64,000 bases of DNA from Sandaracinaceae bacterium (GCA_019637095.1 JAHBWG010000047.1:6855-70854); one strand, 5' to 3'; positions 48,054 to 57,939 are shown, numbered from the stretch's first letter. Numbers and translations are program-made. Notes: generated by a model not told the origin, from the letters alone.

Positions 48054-48297
48054 GGAGGTCCTCGCGAGCCCAAGACCTGGGACCGCGTTTGCGGCCGCGG
48101 GCCCGCCCGCCCGCGCGCGTGTTCTCGTTCGCGAGCGCGAGTAGAGAGCGCACGGAGGTCTGTTGGACCGCGGGGACGCCCGCGTACCGTCGCAGGTGGT
48201 CGGCGACGATCGCGCTGACACTCGTCCCCTGCTCCAGCGCCCGGATCCGCGCCCGCTTGAGCACTTCGTCGTCGATGGTCACCGTCAGATTGGCCAC
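48043..48297 (-). CDS. vapB: antitoxin (VapB-type, ribbon-helix-helix-like)
   Basis: 84-aa ORF immediately upstream of, and overlapping, the PIN gene. MANLTVTIDDEVLKRARIRALEQGTSVSAIVADHLRRY is an RHH/CopG-like N-terminus. Confidence 0.75.
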   Translation of the reverse strand: MANLTVTIDDEVLKRARIRALEQGTSVSAIVADHLRRYAGVPAVQQTSVRSLLALANENTRAGGRARGRKRGPRSWAREDLHER

Positions 48298-48387
48298 GAG
48301 GATCGTGTAACACGGGTCCCGTGCGGCTGCACCGCCGCGACCGCGGGCTCGCGGCCCTTCTCGTATCGAACGGACCCGCGGTCGGGA

Positions 48388-48960
48388 TCACGCACCTCGT
48401 CGGGACGCCGCGCCGACCGGCTCGGCCTCCGGCAGGAGCAGGTCCTCGAGGAAGAACGCCGACAGCTCGGAGCGGCCCGAGAGGCCCGCCTTGCGGTAGA
48501 CCGAGCGCGCCTGATCGCGCGCCGTGCGCTCGCTGGTGCCGCGCACGTCGGCGACCTCCTTGAGGCTCAGGCCCTTGAGCAAGAGGAGCGCGACCTCGCG
48601 CTCGGCCGGGGTCAGCTCCCAGCGCGCGAACTGGCGGTCGATCGCCGCGCCGAGGCCCTGGAGCGCCTGCTGCGCCTCCTCCCGCCAGCGCGCGGCCTCC
48701 TCGCGCGAGCGGGTGAGGTCGCGCGACAGCGCGCCGATCCGCGCCTCGCGGCGGCGCATCATGGCGCCGATCACGGCGGCGAGGGTCAGGGCGGCGATCG
48801 CCTCGAGCCCGATGTGCTCGAGGGCGCGCGTGCCGACGCCCCAGTACGTCAGCGCGTTCACCGCCATGATCACGATGACCGCGATCAGCCCGGCGACCCA
48901 CCAGCGAGGAGGGCGCGGATCGAGCTCGTTGGGGTCGAGGGCCATCGAGAGCGGAGGCAT
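48388..48960 (-). CDS. LuxR/GerE-type HTH regulator with N-terminal TM segments
   Basis: ATG at 48960. Two hydrophobic helices. C-terminal LTPAEREVALLLLKGLSLKEVADVRGTSERTARDQARSVYRKAGL. Divergent from the efflux operon. Confidence 0.8.
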   Translation of the reverse strand: MPPLSMALDPNELDPRPPRWWVAGLIAVIVIMAVNALTYWGVGTRALEHIGLEAIAALTLAAVIGAMMRRREARIGALSRDLTRSREEAARWREEAQQALQGLGAAIDRQFARWELTPAEREVALLLLKGLSLKEVADVRGTSERTARDQARSVYRKAGLSGRSELSAFFLEDLLLPEAEPVGAASRRGA

Positions 48961-49084
48961 ATCAGGGATGTCGGGAAACCGACACCTCGCCACACGACCC
49001 TTCCACCAAGGCGAACCGCGCCCCGTCATCTGGCCGAGTGCCCCCCGTTTTCTTCGCGCGTTTCGGGCGTACGTCCGATGCGTG

Positions 49085-50350
49085 ATGGCCCTCGCCCTCT
49101 TGGTACGACAGGTCTCGCCGATGCCGCGCTCGCTCGCCCTGCTCCTCCTCGCGCCCTCGCTCGCGTCGGCGCAGCCGACGGTCACCTTCGAGCAGGCGCT
49201 CGCGCTCAGCGACGCGTCGCCGGCGGCCGAGGCGCCGCGGCGCGAGCTCGCGACCCGCGAGCCGCTCGACGACGGGATCGGGGGCACCGCGCAGGCGACG
49301 AACGTGACGCTCATGCCGGGGCTGGGCCTCGGGGCGGACCAGGCGGCGGGCCTCGACGCGCAGGCGGCGGTGACGCAGAGCTGGAACCTGGCCGACCTCG
49401 GCGGGGTGCGCCGCCGCGCCGCGCGCGAGGAGCGGCAGGCGCTCGGGGCTCGGGCGCGCGCCGACGCGCTGCGCGTCCGGCTCGAGGCGGCCCGGCGCTG
49501 GATCGACCTCGCGACGTTCCAGGAGGTCGCGGCGACGCTCGAGGCGCAGCGGGAGGTCCTCGCCGCGCGGCTCGAGCGGACCGAGCGGGCGCGCGCGGCC
49601 GGCGTGGCGAGCGCGCTCGACGTCGCGGCCGCGCGGGCGGCGCTCGCGGAGCTCGAGCAGCGGCGGCTCGACGTCGAGGGGGATCGGGTGGGCGCGGCCA
49701 ACCAGCTCGCCGTCGCGATGGGGCGCCCGCCGGAGCGAGGGCTGCGCGCCGAGGGCCCGTTGCCCTCGCCGGCGCTGCCACGGCGCGCCGCGATCGAGGC
49801 GCGGCTCGCCCGCTTCGAGGCGCTGCCCGAGGTCGTCGCGTCCCGCCTCGCGTCCCTCGCGGCGCGCGCCCGAGAGGCGGAGGCGAGCGCCGCGTACGCG
49901 CCGGTGCTCGCGGTCGGCGCGCAGCTCGAGCGCAGCGTCGCGGACACCTGGGTCGTGTACGGGATCGCGAGCCTCACCTTCAACGCGTTCGGCGAGGAGC
50001 GGCGCGCCGTCTCGCGCAGCGCGGCGGAGGCGGACCGCGCCGAGGTGGAGCTCGACGCGGCGCGCGTGCGTGCACGCGCGGAGGTCGAGGACGCGCTGCA
50101 CGATCTCGAGCACGGGTGGCGGCGGCTGCGCGGGCTCGAGGCCGAGCTGCTGCCCGCGCTCGATGCGCTCGTGGCCTCGAGCGAGCGCGCGCTCGCGGCG
50201 GGCGAGGAGACGGTGTTCGCGGTCCACGACGCGCGGCGACGGCAGCTCGACGTGCTCGAGGTCGCCGCGCGCGCGCGGGGCGCGCTCTCGTGGGCGCGCG
50301 TGCGGCTGTGGCTGATGCTGGCGGAGCTCGCGCGCGGGGCCGACGCGTGA
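49085..50350 (+). CDS. TolC/CzcC-family outer-membrane efflux protein
   Basis: Signal ...MPRSLALLLLAPSLASAQ (alternative ATG at 49121). Two-repeat coiled-coil OEP-like sequence. First gene of the three-gene RND operon. Only the last ~420 codons of track ORF 48524..50350 are used. Confidence 0.8.
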   Translation: MALALLVRQVSPMPRSLALLLLAPSLASAQPTVTFEQALALSDASPAAEAPRRELATREPLDDGIGGTAQATNVTLMPGLGLGADQAAGLDAQAAVTQSWNLADLGGVRRRAAREERQALGARARADALRVRLEAARRWIDLATFQEVAATLEAQREVLAARLERTERARAAGVASALDVAAARAALAELEQRRLDVEGDRVGAANQLAVAMGRPPERGLRAEGPLPSPALPRRAAIEARLARFEALPEVVASRLASLAARAREAEASAAYAPVLAVGAQLERSVADTWVVYGIASLTFNAFGEERRAVSRSAAEADRAEVELDAARVRARAEVEDALHDLEHGWRRLRGLEAELLPALDALVASSERALAAGEETVFAVHDARRRQLDVLEVAARARGALSWARVRLWLMLAELARGADA

Positions 50351-51411
50351 GCCGCCGCTCGACCGCGCGCCTCGCCCTCGCTGTCTCGTTGGCGCTCGCC
50401 GGCTGCACGCCGGGCGAGGCGCCCGAGGCCGCGGCCCCGTCCGGCCCGGCGAGCGCGCCGACGCGGTGGGTGGCGCCGCGCGCGCCCGCGGACGCGACGA
50501 TCCTCGAGGCGCCGGCCGTCGTGCGCGCGGTCGGCGCGACGGCGCAGGTCTCCGCGTCCGTACGTGTGCGCGTCGTGCGGCTGCACGTCGAGCCCGGGAG
50601 CCGCGTCGAGGCCGGCGATCCGATCGTCGACGTCGCCGCGCCGGAGCTCCTCGACGCCGCCGCGACGTACCTGGGCGCGGGCCGCGGCGCGAGGGCGCAG
50701 GGGGAGCGCGCGGACGAGCTCGACGCGCTCCGCGCCGAGGGGATCGTCAGCCGCGCGCAGGTCTTCGAGCGGCGCGCGAGCGCCTCGGAGCTCGGGACCG
50801 CGCGCGACCGCGCCGCGGCCACGCTGCGCGCCGCGGGCGTGGAGCCCTCGGCCGCGGCGGGCCTCGTGCGCCGCGGCCACCTCACGCTCGCGGCGCCCGT
50901 CGCGGGCGTGATCGCGGCGCTCGACGCGCGCGTGGGCGAGATCCGCGAGCCCGGCCCGCTCGCGCGCGTGGTCGGCGAGGCGGCGCCGCGCGTCGAGGTG
51001 CGGACGAGCGGCGCGTGGCCCGAGGCGGACGCGCTGCGCTTCGTCGCGAGCGACGGCCGGAGCGTCGCGCTCGCGCCCGCCGCGCTCGCGACGGTGGTGG
51101 ACCCCGCCGACGGAACGCTCGTGAGCTGGTACGCGCCGCTCGAGCCGTCGCCGCTGCCGGACGGGCTCGCGGGCACCGCGCGGCTCACCAGCGCGGCCGG
51201 CGTGCTCGAGGTCCCCGTGACGGCGGTCGCCGCGCGCACCGGGCGCAGCGAGGTGGTGCGGCGGCGCGACGGAGTGAGCGCGCGCGTGGCGGTCGAGGTG
51301 CTCGCGAGCTCGGGGGCGAGCGCGCTCGTGCGCGGAGAGCTCACCGAGGAGGATCGGGTGGCCGCCGACGTGCGCGCGCTCGACGACCGCGACGCTTCGG
51401 AGGCGCCATGA
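50347..51411 (+). CDS. efflux RND periplasmic adaptor (HlyD/CzcB-like) lipoprotein
   Basis: GTG at 50347 (GTGA overlap). Lipobox LALAGC. Lipoyl-like hairpin VRLHVEPGSRVEAGDPIVDV. The rest of track ORF 48163..51411 is artefact. Confidence 0.8.
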   Translation: MSRRSTARLALAVSLALAGCTPGEAPEAAAPSGPASAPTRWVAPRAPADATILEAPAVVRAVGATAQVSASVRVRVVRLHVEPGSRVEAGDPIVDVAAPELLDAAATYLGAGRGARAQGERADELDALRAEGIVSRAQVFERRASASELGTARDRAAATLRAAGVEPSAAAGLVRRGHLTLAAPVAGVIAALDARVGEIREPGPLARVVGEAAPRVEVRTSGAWPEADALRFVASDGRSVALAPAALATVVDPADGTLVSWYAPLEPSPLPDGLAGTARLTSAAGVLEVPVTAVAARTGRSEVVRRRDGVSARVAVEVLASSGASALVRGELTEEDRVAADVRALDDRDASEAP

Positions 51412-51442
51412 GCGAGGCGCCATGAGCGAGGCGCCATGATCG
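51401..51442 (+). repeat. 14-bp unit in three tandem copies across the adaptor-stop / pump-start junction
   Basis: AGGCGCCATGAGCG occurs at 51401-51414 and 51415-51428. AGGCGCCATGATCG occurs at 51429-51442. Each copy carries an ATG, and only the third opens the long RND ORF. Confidence 0.9.
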
Positions 51443-54400
51443 AAGCGATCGTCGCCTGGTCGGTCGAGCGGCCGCGGCTCGTGCCGGCGCTGGTGCTCCT
51501 CGCGGCGCTCGGCGGCGTCGCGGCGGGGGCGTGGCTGCGCTTCGACGCGCTACCCGACGTGACCGGCCGGCAGGTGCTCGTGCTGACGCGCGCGCCCGGC
51601 CTCACGCCGGAGGAGGTCGAGCGGCTCGTCACGCGGCCGGTCGAGCTCGCGCTCGGCGGCGTGCCCGGCCTGCGCAGCCAGAGGAGCGTCTCGCGCTACG
51701 GGATCTCGTCGGTCACCGCCCTGTTCGACGACGACGTCGACCTCGTGCGCGCGCGGCAGCTCGTGTTCGAGCGGCTCGCGAGCGTGGCGGACGCGATGCC
51801 CCCGGGGGTCGATCCTCCCGAGCTCGGGCCGCTCACCGGCGGCCTCGGCGAGATCTACCACTTCACGCTGAGCTCTCCCGAGCGCACGCCGGCCGAGCTC
51901 TCGGAGCTGGTGCAGCTGCGCGTCGCGCCGCTGTTGCGCGCGGTGCCGGGGGTCGTCGAGGTCAACACGTGGGGCGGCGCGCGCCGCACGATGGACGTGC
52001 TCGCCGATCCGGTGCGCATGGCGCGCCGCCGCGTGACGCTGAGTGAGCTGTCGAGCGCGACCGCGCGCGCGACGGGGCAGGCGCCCGGCGCGACGCTCGA
52101 GGCGGGGGAGGCGGGCGTGCTCCTGCGCGCGGTGGCGTGGCCCGCGCGCGCCGCCGAGCTCGCCGCGGCGGTGGTGCGCCTCGAGCCGGACGGCGCGGCG
52201 GTCCGGATCGGCGACGTCGCCGACGTGGTCGAGGGCGCGCGGCCGCGCCTGGGCGGCGCCACCGCCGACGGCCGCGGCGAGACCGTGTACGTGATGGCCC
52301 AGATGCTCGTCGACGCGAACGCGCTCGAGGTGGTCGGGCGCGTGCACGAGCAGATGACGACGGTGCGCGCCGCGCTCCCCGCCGACGTCGAGGTCGAGGT
52401 CGTGTACGACCGGCGCGAGCTCGTCGAGGCGACGCTGCGCACGGTCTTCACGAACCTCCTCGAGGGCGGCGTGCTCGTCGTGGTCGTGCTGTTCCTCTGG
52501 CTCGGGAGCTTCCGCGCGGGAGCGCTCGTGGCCTCGGTCATCCCGCTCTCGATGCTCGGCGCCGTCGCGGGGATGGTCGCCCTCGACATCCCCGGCAACC
52601 TGATGAGCCTGGGCGCGGTCGACTTCGGGCTGCTCGTCGACGGCGCGGTGGTGATGGTCGAGGCGGTGTTCCACGCGGTCCACGCGAACGGTGGGCCGAT
52701 CGGCGAACGCGTCCGCGGCGCGACGGTGAAGATGGCGCGGCCGGTGTTCTTCGGCCTGCTGATCATCCTGCTCGTCTACGTCCCGATCTTCGGGCTCACC
52801 GGCGTCGAGGGGCGGCTCTTCCGGCCGATGGCGATGACGGTCGCCCTCGCGCTCGCGACCGCGCTCGCGCTCTCGCTGGTGTTCGTCCCCGCGGGCGCGC
52901 GGCTGCTGCTGCGCGTCGCCGACGTCCCGGCGCGCGAGCCCTGGCTCGTGCGCCTCGCGGCGCGCGCCTACCGGCCGGTGCTCGACTTCGCGCTCGCGCA
53001 CCCGCTCGTGATCGCGATCGGCGCGCTGGGCCTGCTCGCGGCCGGCGGGGTGCTCTTCCATCGCGCGGGCAGCACCTTCGTGCCGCAGCTCGAGGAGGGC
53101 GATCTCGTGGTGCAGACGACGCGCGCGCCGGACCTCCGGATCGAGAGCGCGCTCGCCGCGGGCACGCGCATGGAGGCGGCGATCCTCGAGGTGCCCGAGG
53201 TGCTGCACGTCGCGACGCGCACCGGGAGCCCGGAGGTCGCGACCGATCTCATGGGCCTCGAGCAAGCGGACGTGTTCGTCGCGCTGCGGCCGCGCGCCGA
53301 GTGGCGCGCCGGGCTCACGCGCGCCGCGCTGATCGCGGCGATCGACGAGGCGATCGCGCGCGCGGCGCCCGCGGACGAGGTGGCGTTCACGCAGCCGATC
53401 CAGATGCGCTTCAACGAGCTGGTGGGCGGCAGCGTCACCGACGTCTCGCTGAGCCTCTACGGCGAGGACCTCGCGGCGATCACCGAGACCGCGCAGCGCG
53501 CCGCGGCGCTGCTCGAGCGCGTGCCGGGCGCGCTCGACGTGCGGGTGCTCGCGCCGCCGGACGTGCGCCTGCTCGAGGTGCGGCCGCGCGGCCTCGACGC
53601 GGCGCGCTACGGGCTGTCGAGCCGCGACGTCATGGACCACGTGCAGGCGCTGCGCGCGGGGCTCGAGGTGGGCACGACCTACGACGGCCCGATCCGCGTG
53701 CCCGTGCGGGTCCGGCTCGGCGCATCGGTCGAGGCGCTCACCCTGGAGCGCCTCCCGCTGCCGACGGGGCGCGGCGTGCTCGTCCCGCTCGAGCGCGTCG
53801 CCGACGTCAGGCGCGAGCTCGGGCCGTCGCTGGTGAACCGCGAGATGGCGCAGCGGCGCGCGGTCGTCGGGTTCAACGTGCGCGATCGCGACCTCGGCTC
53901 GGTGGTGGAGGAGGCGCAGGCGCGGCTCGCGCGCCTCGCGCTCCCCGACGGGGTCCGGCCGGTGTGGGGCGGGCAGTACGAGAGCTTCGAGAGCGCCCGC
54001 GCGCGGCTCGCGATCGTCATCCCGATCGCGCTCCTGACGATCGTCGCGCTCCTGATCGCGCTGTTTCGCCACTGGCGCCCGCCGCTGATCATCCTCCTGC
54101 ACGTCCCGTTCGGCGCGGTCGGCGGGATCACGGCGCTCTCGCTGCGCGGGCTCCCGCTCTCCGTGTCCGCGGCGGTGGGCTTCATCGCGCTCAGCGGCAT
54201 CGTGGTGATGAACGGGGTGGTGCTGCTCAGCGCGCTGCGCGAGGCGCTGCGCGCCGGCGCGTCGCGGCTCGAGGCGGCGCGCCGCGCGGCCACCACGCGC
54301 ATGCGCCCGGTCTTGATGACGTCGCTCGTCGCGGGGCTGGGCTTCTTGCCGATGACCCTCGCGACCGGCGTCGGCGCCGAGGTGCAGCGGCCGCTCGCCA

Positions 54401-54522
54401 CGGTGGTCGTCGGCGGGATCGTCACGAGCACGCTCCTCACGCTGGTGATCCTCCCCGCGCTGTTGCCGTGGCTCGCGGGGCGCGAGCCGGCCGCCGCGCC
54501 CGCCGACGGGCAGGCCGCGTGA
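51436..54522 (+). CDS. czcA: CusA/CzcA-family heavy-metal efflux RND transporter
   Basis: 1028 aa. HME-RND-type N-terminus: IVAWSVERPRLV...RFDALPDVTGRQVLVLTRAPGLTPEEVERLVTRPVE. 12-TM, two-loop architecture. Downstream of the OEP and adaptor genes. Confidence 0.95.
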   Translation: MIEAIVAWSVERPRLVPALVLLAALGGVAAGAWLRFDALPDVTGRQVLVLTRAPGLTPEEVERLVTRPVELALGGVPGLRSQRSVSRYGISSVTALFDDDVDLVRARQLVFERLASVADAMPPGVDPPELGPLTGGLGEIYHFTLSSPERTPAELSELVQLRVAPLLRAVPGVVEVNTWGGARRTMDVLADPVRMARRRVTLSELSSATARATGQAPGATLEAGEAGVLLRAVAWPARAAELAAAVVRLEPDGAAVRIGDVADVVEGARPRLGGATADGRGETVYVMAQMLVDANALEVVGRVHEQMTTVRAALPADVEVEVVYDRRELVEATLRTVFTNLLEGGVLVVVVLFLWLGSFRAGALVASVIPLSMLGAVAGMVALDIPGNLMSLGAVDFGLLVDGAVVMVEAVFHAVHANGGPIGERVRGATVKMARPVFFGLLIILLVYVPIFGLTGVEGRLFRPMAMTVALALATALALSLVFVPAGARLLLRVADVPAREPWLVRLAARAYRPVLDFALAHPLVIAIGALGLLAAGGVLFHRAGSTFVPQLEEGDLVVQTTRAPDLRIESALAAGTRMEAAILEVPEVLHVATRTGSPEVATDLMGLEQADVFVALRPRAEWRAGLTRAALIAAIDEAIARAAPADEVAFTQPIQMRFNELVGGSVTDVSLSLYGEDLAAITETAQRAAALLERVPGALDVRVLAPPDVRLLEVRPRGLDAARYGLSSRDVMDHVQALRAGLEVGTTYDGPIRVPVRVRLGASVEALTLERLPLPTGRGVLVPLERVADVRRELGPSLVNREMAQRRAVVGFNVRDRDLGSVVEEAQARLARLALPDGVRPVWGGQYESFESARARLAIVIPIALLTIVALLIALFRHWRPPLIILLHVPFGAVGGITALSLRGLPLSVSAAVGFIALSGIVVMNGVVLLSALREALRAGASRLEAARRAATTRMRPVLMTSLVAGLGFLPMTLATGVGAEVQRPLATVVVGGIVTSTLLTLVILPALLPWLAGREPAAAPADGQAA

Positions 54523-54672
54523 AGCGCGAGGCGTCGCCGCAGCGTACGCGCGAGCTCGAGCGGCGCGCGGCCTCGCGCGTGGCGGCGCGCCGATGAGGTG
54601 GAGGCTGACCTCGACCAGATCGCCGAGAGCGGGTCGCGAACGGCCAGACCGATGGGCCCCGATCGAGCGCGC

Positions 54673-56424
54673 TCACCTCCGCTGCGTGACCTCGCGGCCC
54701 TCGACCTTCAGCACGGGCGTGCGGCCGATCCACCACTCGAGGTGCGAGGCGGTGCCGCGCACTCGCAAGCGGCCGCCGTGCTCGCCTTCGAGGTGGCAGA
54801 ACTCGCACAGGGTGATCTGGTTCTCCTCCTCGTCGCCCCCGCCGTGCGCGCGGTAGCGCACGTGGTGGTTGGTGGCGTTGCGCGACTCGCACACCGGCGA
54901 CACGCACCGGTGCCGGTCGCGATCGTGGATGGCCTTCCAGCGGTTCCCCTCGAAGAACCGCTCGCCCCACGCGCTCCAGAAGGCCGCGACGAGGAACGTC
55001 GCGAACGAGCTCGGCGAGCCGGTCGCGCGGTGGACCGCTTCGAGGCGCCGGTAGTCGAGGATCACCTCGTCGCGCGCGCGCACCGCGATGAACCGGTTCC
55101 GAGGCTCCCGGAGACCTACGGACATCTGGACTGCGCCGGCGTCCTCGGCCGCACCTCCGGACATCTGGACCGCGTCATTGCGCACGTCCGAGTCCGCGCC
55201 CGCGTCGCGGGCCGCGCTCGCGAGCAGCTCGCCGCTCAGCACGGCGCGCTCGAAGGCGATGACTGCCTCGAGCTCGTCGTCGTCGGGCGGCGCGAGGTGC
55301 CGCGCGGGCGCCCCTTCGACCCGCGCGAGCAGTTCGACCGCGCGGACCTCCTCGGCGAGGTGCACGTAGGTCCGCGCCGTGGCGCGCGCGACCCACGCAT
55401 CGACGGTGTCGGGGCCAGCCACGCGCGCGATCAGCGACGCTTGCTCGTAGCCCACCTCGCCGTCGCGCACCGCGTCGCCGAGCCGCCCGAGATGCTCCAC
55501 GCGCCGCGCGAGCGTGATGCGCCCGCGAGCGGTCGAGCGCGCGAGCCCGAGCCGCTCGTCGAAGTACGACTGCTCGGACGCGTAGCCCAGCGCCACCCAC
55601 CCGCGCGCGAGCATGAACCGCGAGAGCAGCGCGCCGAGCCAGAGGTCACGGCTCGCGAGCCGCGCGCCCACGTCGCGCACGACCGCGTCGAGCGCCACCG
55701 GATCGTCGGCGTCGGCGGGCTCCTCGACGAACGCGTCGTCCGCGACCGCGCGCCGCGCCGGCACCGGCTCCTCGACGAGCGCGCGCTCCCGGCGCACCGG
55801 CGGCGCGAACCGCTCGTAGTGCGACGCGAGGTCCGGCCGCTTCGCGAAGAGCGTCGAGGCGCCCTCGAAGACCAGGCACTCCAGCCAGTGCCCCGGCTCG
55901 ACGAACCCGCCGTTCACGTGCTCAATGGCTGCCCGCGTCGCCTCCAGCGCGAGCAGCTCGGAGGCCGTCACCGGGAGATCGACGGTGCAGTACGCATCGC
56001 CGCCCTCGTCCTCGGCGACGACCTCGCCCCCGGTCGTGCGCAGCGCCTCGCGCACCTCACGCACCGTCGCGCCCTCGACGGCGGCGAGCAGCTCCGCCTC
56101 GTCGTCGGGGCCGGCGTGGCGCGCGAGCAGCTCGGCCATCGACCAGCCGATGTGCCCCGAGAGGAGCGCGGCTCGGAGCACCGGCCGCTCCTCGAGCCGC
56201 CGCGCGAGCGCGCGCGTGTCACCGCACCACCGCGCGCCCTGCGACACCCGCTCGCGAACGTACATGGCGAACGAGCGGAACCCGAGCTCCTGAAACCCCT
56301 TGCCGAGCCGATGGAGCGCCACCCCCAGCGCCAGCCGGTCACGTACGTTGCACCGCGCGAGGCGCGCGAGCTCTTCGTCGATCGCGCGTAGCTCGTCTTC
56401 GTCGAGAGTGAGCGGTTCGAGCAT
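54673..56424 (-). CDS. HNH endonuclease (DUF222-type N-terminal region)
   Basis: ATG at 56424 (MLEPLTLDEDELRAIDEELARL...). C-terminal HNH: HDRDRHRCVSPVCESRNATNHHVRYRAHGGGDEEENQITLCEFCH. Confidence 0.85.
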   Translation of the reverse strand: MLEPLTLDEDELRAIDEELARLARCNVRDRLALGVALHRLGKGFQELGFRSFAMYVRERVSQGARWCGDTRALARRLEERPVLRAALLSGHIGWSMAELLARHAGPDDEAELLAAVEGATVREVREALRTTGGEVVAEDEGGDAYCTVDLPVTASELLALEATRAAIEHVNGGFVEPGHWLECLVFEGASTLFAKRPDLASHYERFAPPVRRERALVEEPVPARRAVADDAFVEEPADADDPVALDAVVRDVGARLASRDLWLGALLSRFMLARGWVALGYASEQSYFDERLGLARSTARGRITLARRVEHLGRLGDAVRDGEVGYEQASLIARVAGPDTVDAWVARATARTYVHLAEEVRAVELLARVEGAPARHLAPPDDDELEAVIAFERAVLSGELLASAARDAGADSDVRNDAVQMSGGAAEDAGAVQMSVGLREPRNRFIAVRARDEVILDYRRLEAVHRATGSPSSFATFLVAAFWSAWGERFFEGNRWKAIHDRDRHRCVSPVCESRNATNHHVRYRAHGGGDEEENQITLCEFCHLEGEHGGRLRVRGTASHLEWWIGRTPVLKVEGREVTQRR

Positions 56425-56752
56425 CGAGCCCCCCAGGAAACAGGGGTGAAGGTGGCACGAGGCTGAACGGATGTCAAGGCAAGAAAGCGTGCGACGTCGC
56501 GCCGGAACTGGGCCAGTGTCCACACCGGAAGTTCAGCCTTCCCGAGGTGGGGGAGACCAGCGGTCGGCTCGTGACGATCGCAGCGTCGATCGTCCAGTCT
56601 TCGCCGCTTCCGCCGACGAGCCACGCGCCCACCTCGTCTCTCGGTCACGCGCTCTCGCGCAGCGCCGAGCGCGATCAGGTCCTCGGCGCGGTCACCCGCG
56701 CTGCCTCAGTTCGCCGCGCGGGGTGGACTACTTCTCGCGAGCAGACCCCGGG

Positions 56753-56890
56753 TCAGGTGTGGCGAGCGGCGGCGATCCGCGAGTAGCCCGCGCCCTCGGC
56801 GTACCTGGTGAAGATCCGATGGACGAGCCTCGCGTGCTCCTCGTCGATCAGGATGTCGTGGCTCGCGTCGTCGCTGTCGGGGTCCGCGCT
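56753..56890 (-). pseudogene. short remnant resembling the recombinase domain of a large serine recombinase
   Basis: ...HDILIDEEHARLVHRIFTRYAEGAGYSRIAAA then a stop. This resembles the v-deeeA-vVr-IF-ly-G-s---Ia segment of serine recombinases. No catalytic domain lies upstream. Confidence 0.3.
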
Positions 56891-57078
56891 CGCGCGCTCC
56901 CTATTTGCAGATCGGCGGCGATCGCCGCGCCAGTGGCGCCAGGTTCGCCGCTCGGCGCGCGCAAGTGCGCGAGATCGTTGGAGCGGGTCTCCGGCACGCG
57001 CCGTGATGAGGCACGTCGGCGTGACCGACTCGCGCCGCATCCCGATGCCTCGGACGAACTTTCGCGGTCTGCCGGCGC

Positions 57079-57939
57079 GTGCACGATCGGCGCTTCCTCT
57101 TGCGGCCGGACGACAAGCTCACCGTGCTCGTGACGTGGCTGCTCGCGACGCTCGCGCCGCTGTTCGACGTCGAGGTCCACGCGATGTCGGTGATGTCGAC
57201 GCACTACCACCTGGTCTGTTCGGTCGGCGACCAGCGCATCAGCGACTTCCTGCGCGACTTCAACGCGTCGCTCGCCAAGGCGGTGAACGTGTTGCGCGGG
57301 GCGCGTCGCGGGATCGTGTGGGAGCCGGGGACGCTGAGCATCGTCGAGCTCAAGACGGTGGACGCGATCATCACCTCGATCGCGTACGCGATCGTGAACC
57401 CCGTCGCGGCGGGCTTGGTCTGGCGTCCCGAGGATTGGCCGGGTCTGAACGTGCTTGCGCACGAGATCGGCCGGCGCGTGCGCGAGGTCGCGGCGCCGGA
57501 CTACTTCTTCCGCACGGGCTTCTGGGACCCGACCGCGGTGTTGGTGACGACGCTGCCCGCGCGCTTGCTCGAGGAGCTCGGCGAGGACGAGGCGCGTCGT
57601 CGGATCGAGGCCGAGGTCGAGCGGCAGCTCCGCGAGGCGCGCGCGCACGTCAAGAGCCAGGGCTGGCAGGTGCTCGGGCCCGTCGCGGCGCGGAACGTGT
57701 CGCCGTTCCGGCGCGCCAAGAGCTGGGAGGACTTCGGCGCGCTCTCGCCGACGTTCGCGGTCGGCGCGGGCAACCACGAGGAGCGCCGGGCGGCGATCGC
57801 CGAGCTGAAGGCGTTCCGCGCCGCGTACCGCGCGGCGTGGATCGGCTACCGCGCCGGCGAGCGCGACGCGGTCTGGCCGTACGGCACGTACCTGATGCGC
57901 GTGCGCCACCGGGTGGAGGTCGAGCCGGCGCCCTCGTAG
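57079..57939 (+). CDS. IS200/RAYT-like HUH Y1 transposase family protein, apparently N-terminally truncated
   Basis: HUH motif MSTHYHLV and Tyr motif IAYAIVNPVAAGLVWRPEDWP. The ORF starts with GTG. The frame is open a further 18 codons upstream (to 57025) with family-like sequence (TFAVCRR) but no start codon. Confidence 0.75.
   Translation: MHDRRFLLRPDDKLTVLVTWLLATLAPLFDVEVHAMSVMSTHYHLVCSVGDQRISDFLRDFNASLAKAVNVLRGARRGIVWEPGTLSIVELKTVDAIITSIAYAIVNPVAAGLVWRPEDWPGLNVLAHEIGRRVREVAAPDYFFRTGFWDPTAVLVTTLPARLLEELGEDEARRRIEAEVERQLREARAHVKSQGWQVLGPVAARNVSPFRRAKSWEDFGALSPTFAVGAGNHEERRAAIAELKAFRAAYRAAWIGYRAGERDAVWPYGTYLMRVRHRVEVEPAPS

Noticed and set aside
48163-50346. N-terminal ~730 codons of track ORF 48163..51411, and the minus-strand 1011-aa ORF 48388..51423
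   Set aside because: Only the last 354 codons of the plus ORF (lipobox plus adaptor features) look real. Only the last 190 codons of the minus ORF (the LuxR-type HTH) look real. The remainder is Arg/Ala-rich overlap with the TolC-like gene.
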